A DNA stretch of 60,074 bases from Desulfovibrionales bacterium (lineage in GTDB: Bacteria; Desulfobacterota; Desulfovibrionia; Desulfovibrionales; JBKHAV01): assembly GCA_046542715.1 (NCBI GenBank), contig JBKHAV010000004.1, positions 1 through 60,074 of the forward strand, in the 5' to 3' direction. Shown one piece after another: positions 60,062-60,074 of this stretch. The notes beneath the pieces were generated by a model. It was not told the origin of the DNA and did no database searches. It worked only from the letters and a program-made list of their open reading frames with translations. Positions within the stretch are counted from its first letter, which is position 1. Each line of letters opens with the position of its first letter. Position numbers and translations under genes: made by a program.

Positions 60062-60074
60062 ACGGGGTGCCAAT

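Noticed and set aside
32160-60074. Possible genomic island after ssb
   Set aside because: The content looks accessory, but no integrase, transposase, tRNA or att repeat was seen and composition could not be computed.

Overview
Gene-dense chromosomal segment from an anaerobic deltaproteobacterium, most consistent with a Desulfovibrionales-like sulfate reducer. That assignment rests on the alternative haem biosynthesis (ahb) genes, the Desulfovibrio-type fused acetyl-CoA carboxylase and the sigma54 regulators. The left half (1-32 kb) is mostly housekeeping: ahbC-hemB-ahbD-ahbA-rpe, tig-clpP-clpX-lon, a sigma54 PAS activator next to a receiver/CBS/DASS-transporter unit, a 10-gene Mrp/Mbh-type antiporter cluster, PNP, acc genes and ssb. 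The right half (32-60 kb) is accessory-like: arsR-permease, three diguanylate cyclases (one frameshifted), an OmpR-family two-component pair and a collapsed phnE remnant. The most unusual element is a 9-gene operon (49886-57443). In it a cytoplasmic MvhAG-like (group 3) [NiFe]-hydrogenase has no diaphorase, MvhD or Hdr partner. Instead it sits with two paralogous V4R-like proteins (one fused to a 2[4Fe-4S] ferredoxin), a Roadblock/LC7 protein, a membrane-anchored OmpA-like protein and a membrane coiled-coil-Roadblock protein. This is a candidate H2/redox-sensing signalling or localisation system. Inverted short-period (7/8-mer) tandem-repeat elements sit inside the ahb operon. No rRNA, tRNA, CRISPR array or transposase was recognised. 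All family assignments come from motifs read by eye; no database searches were run.
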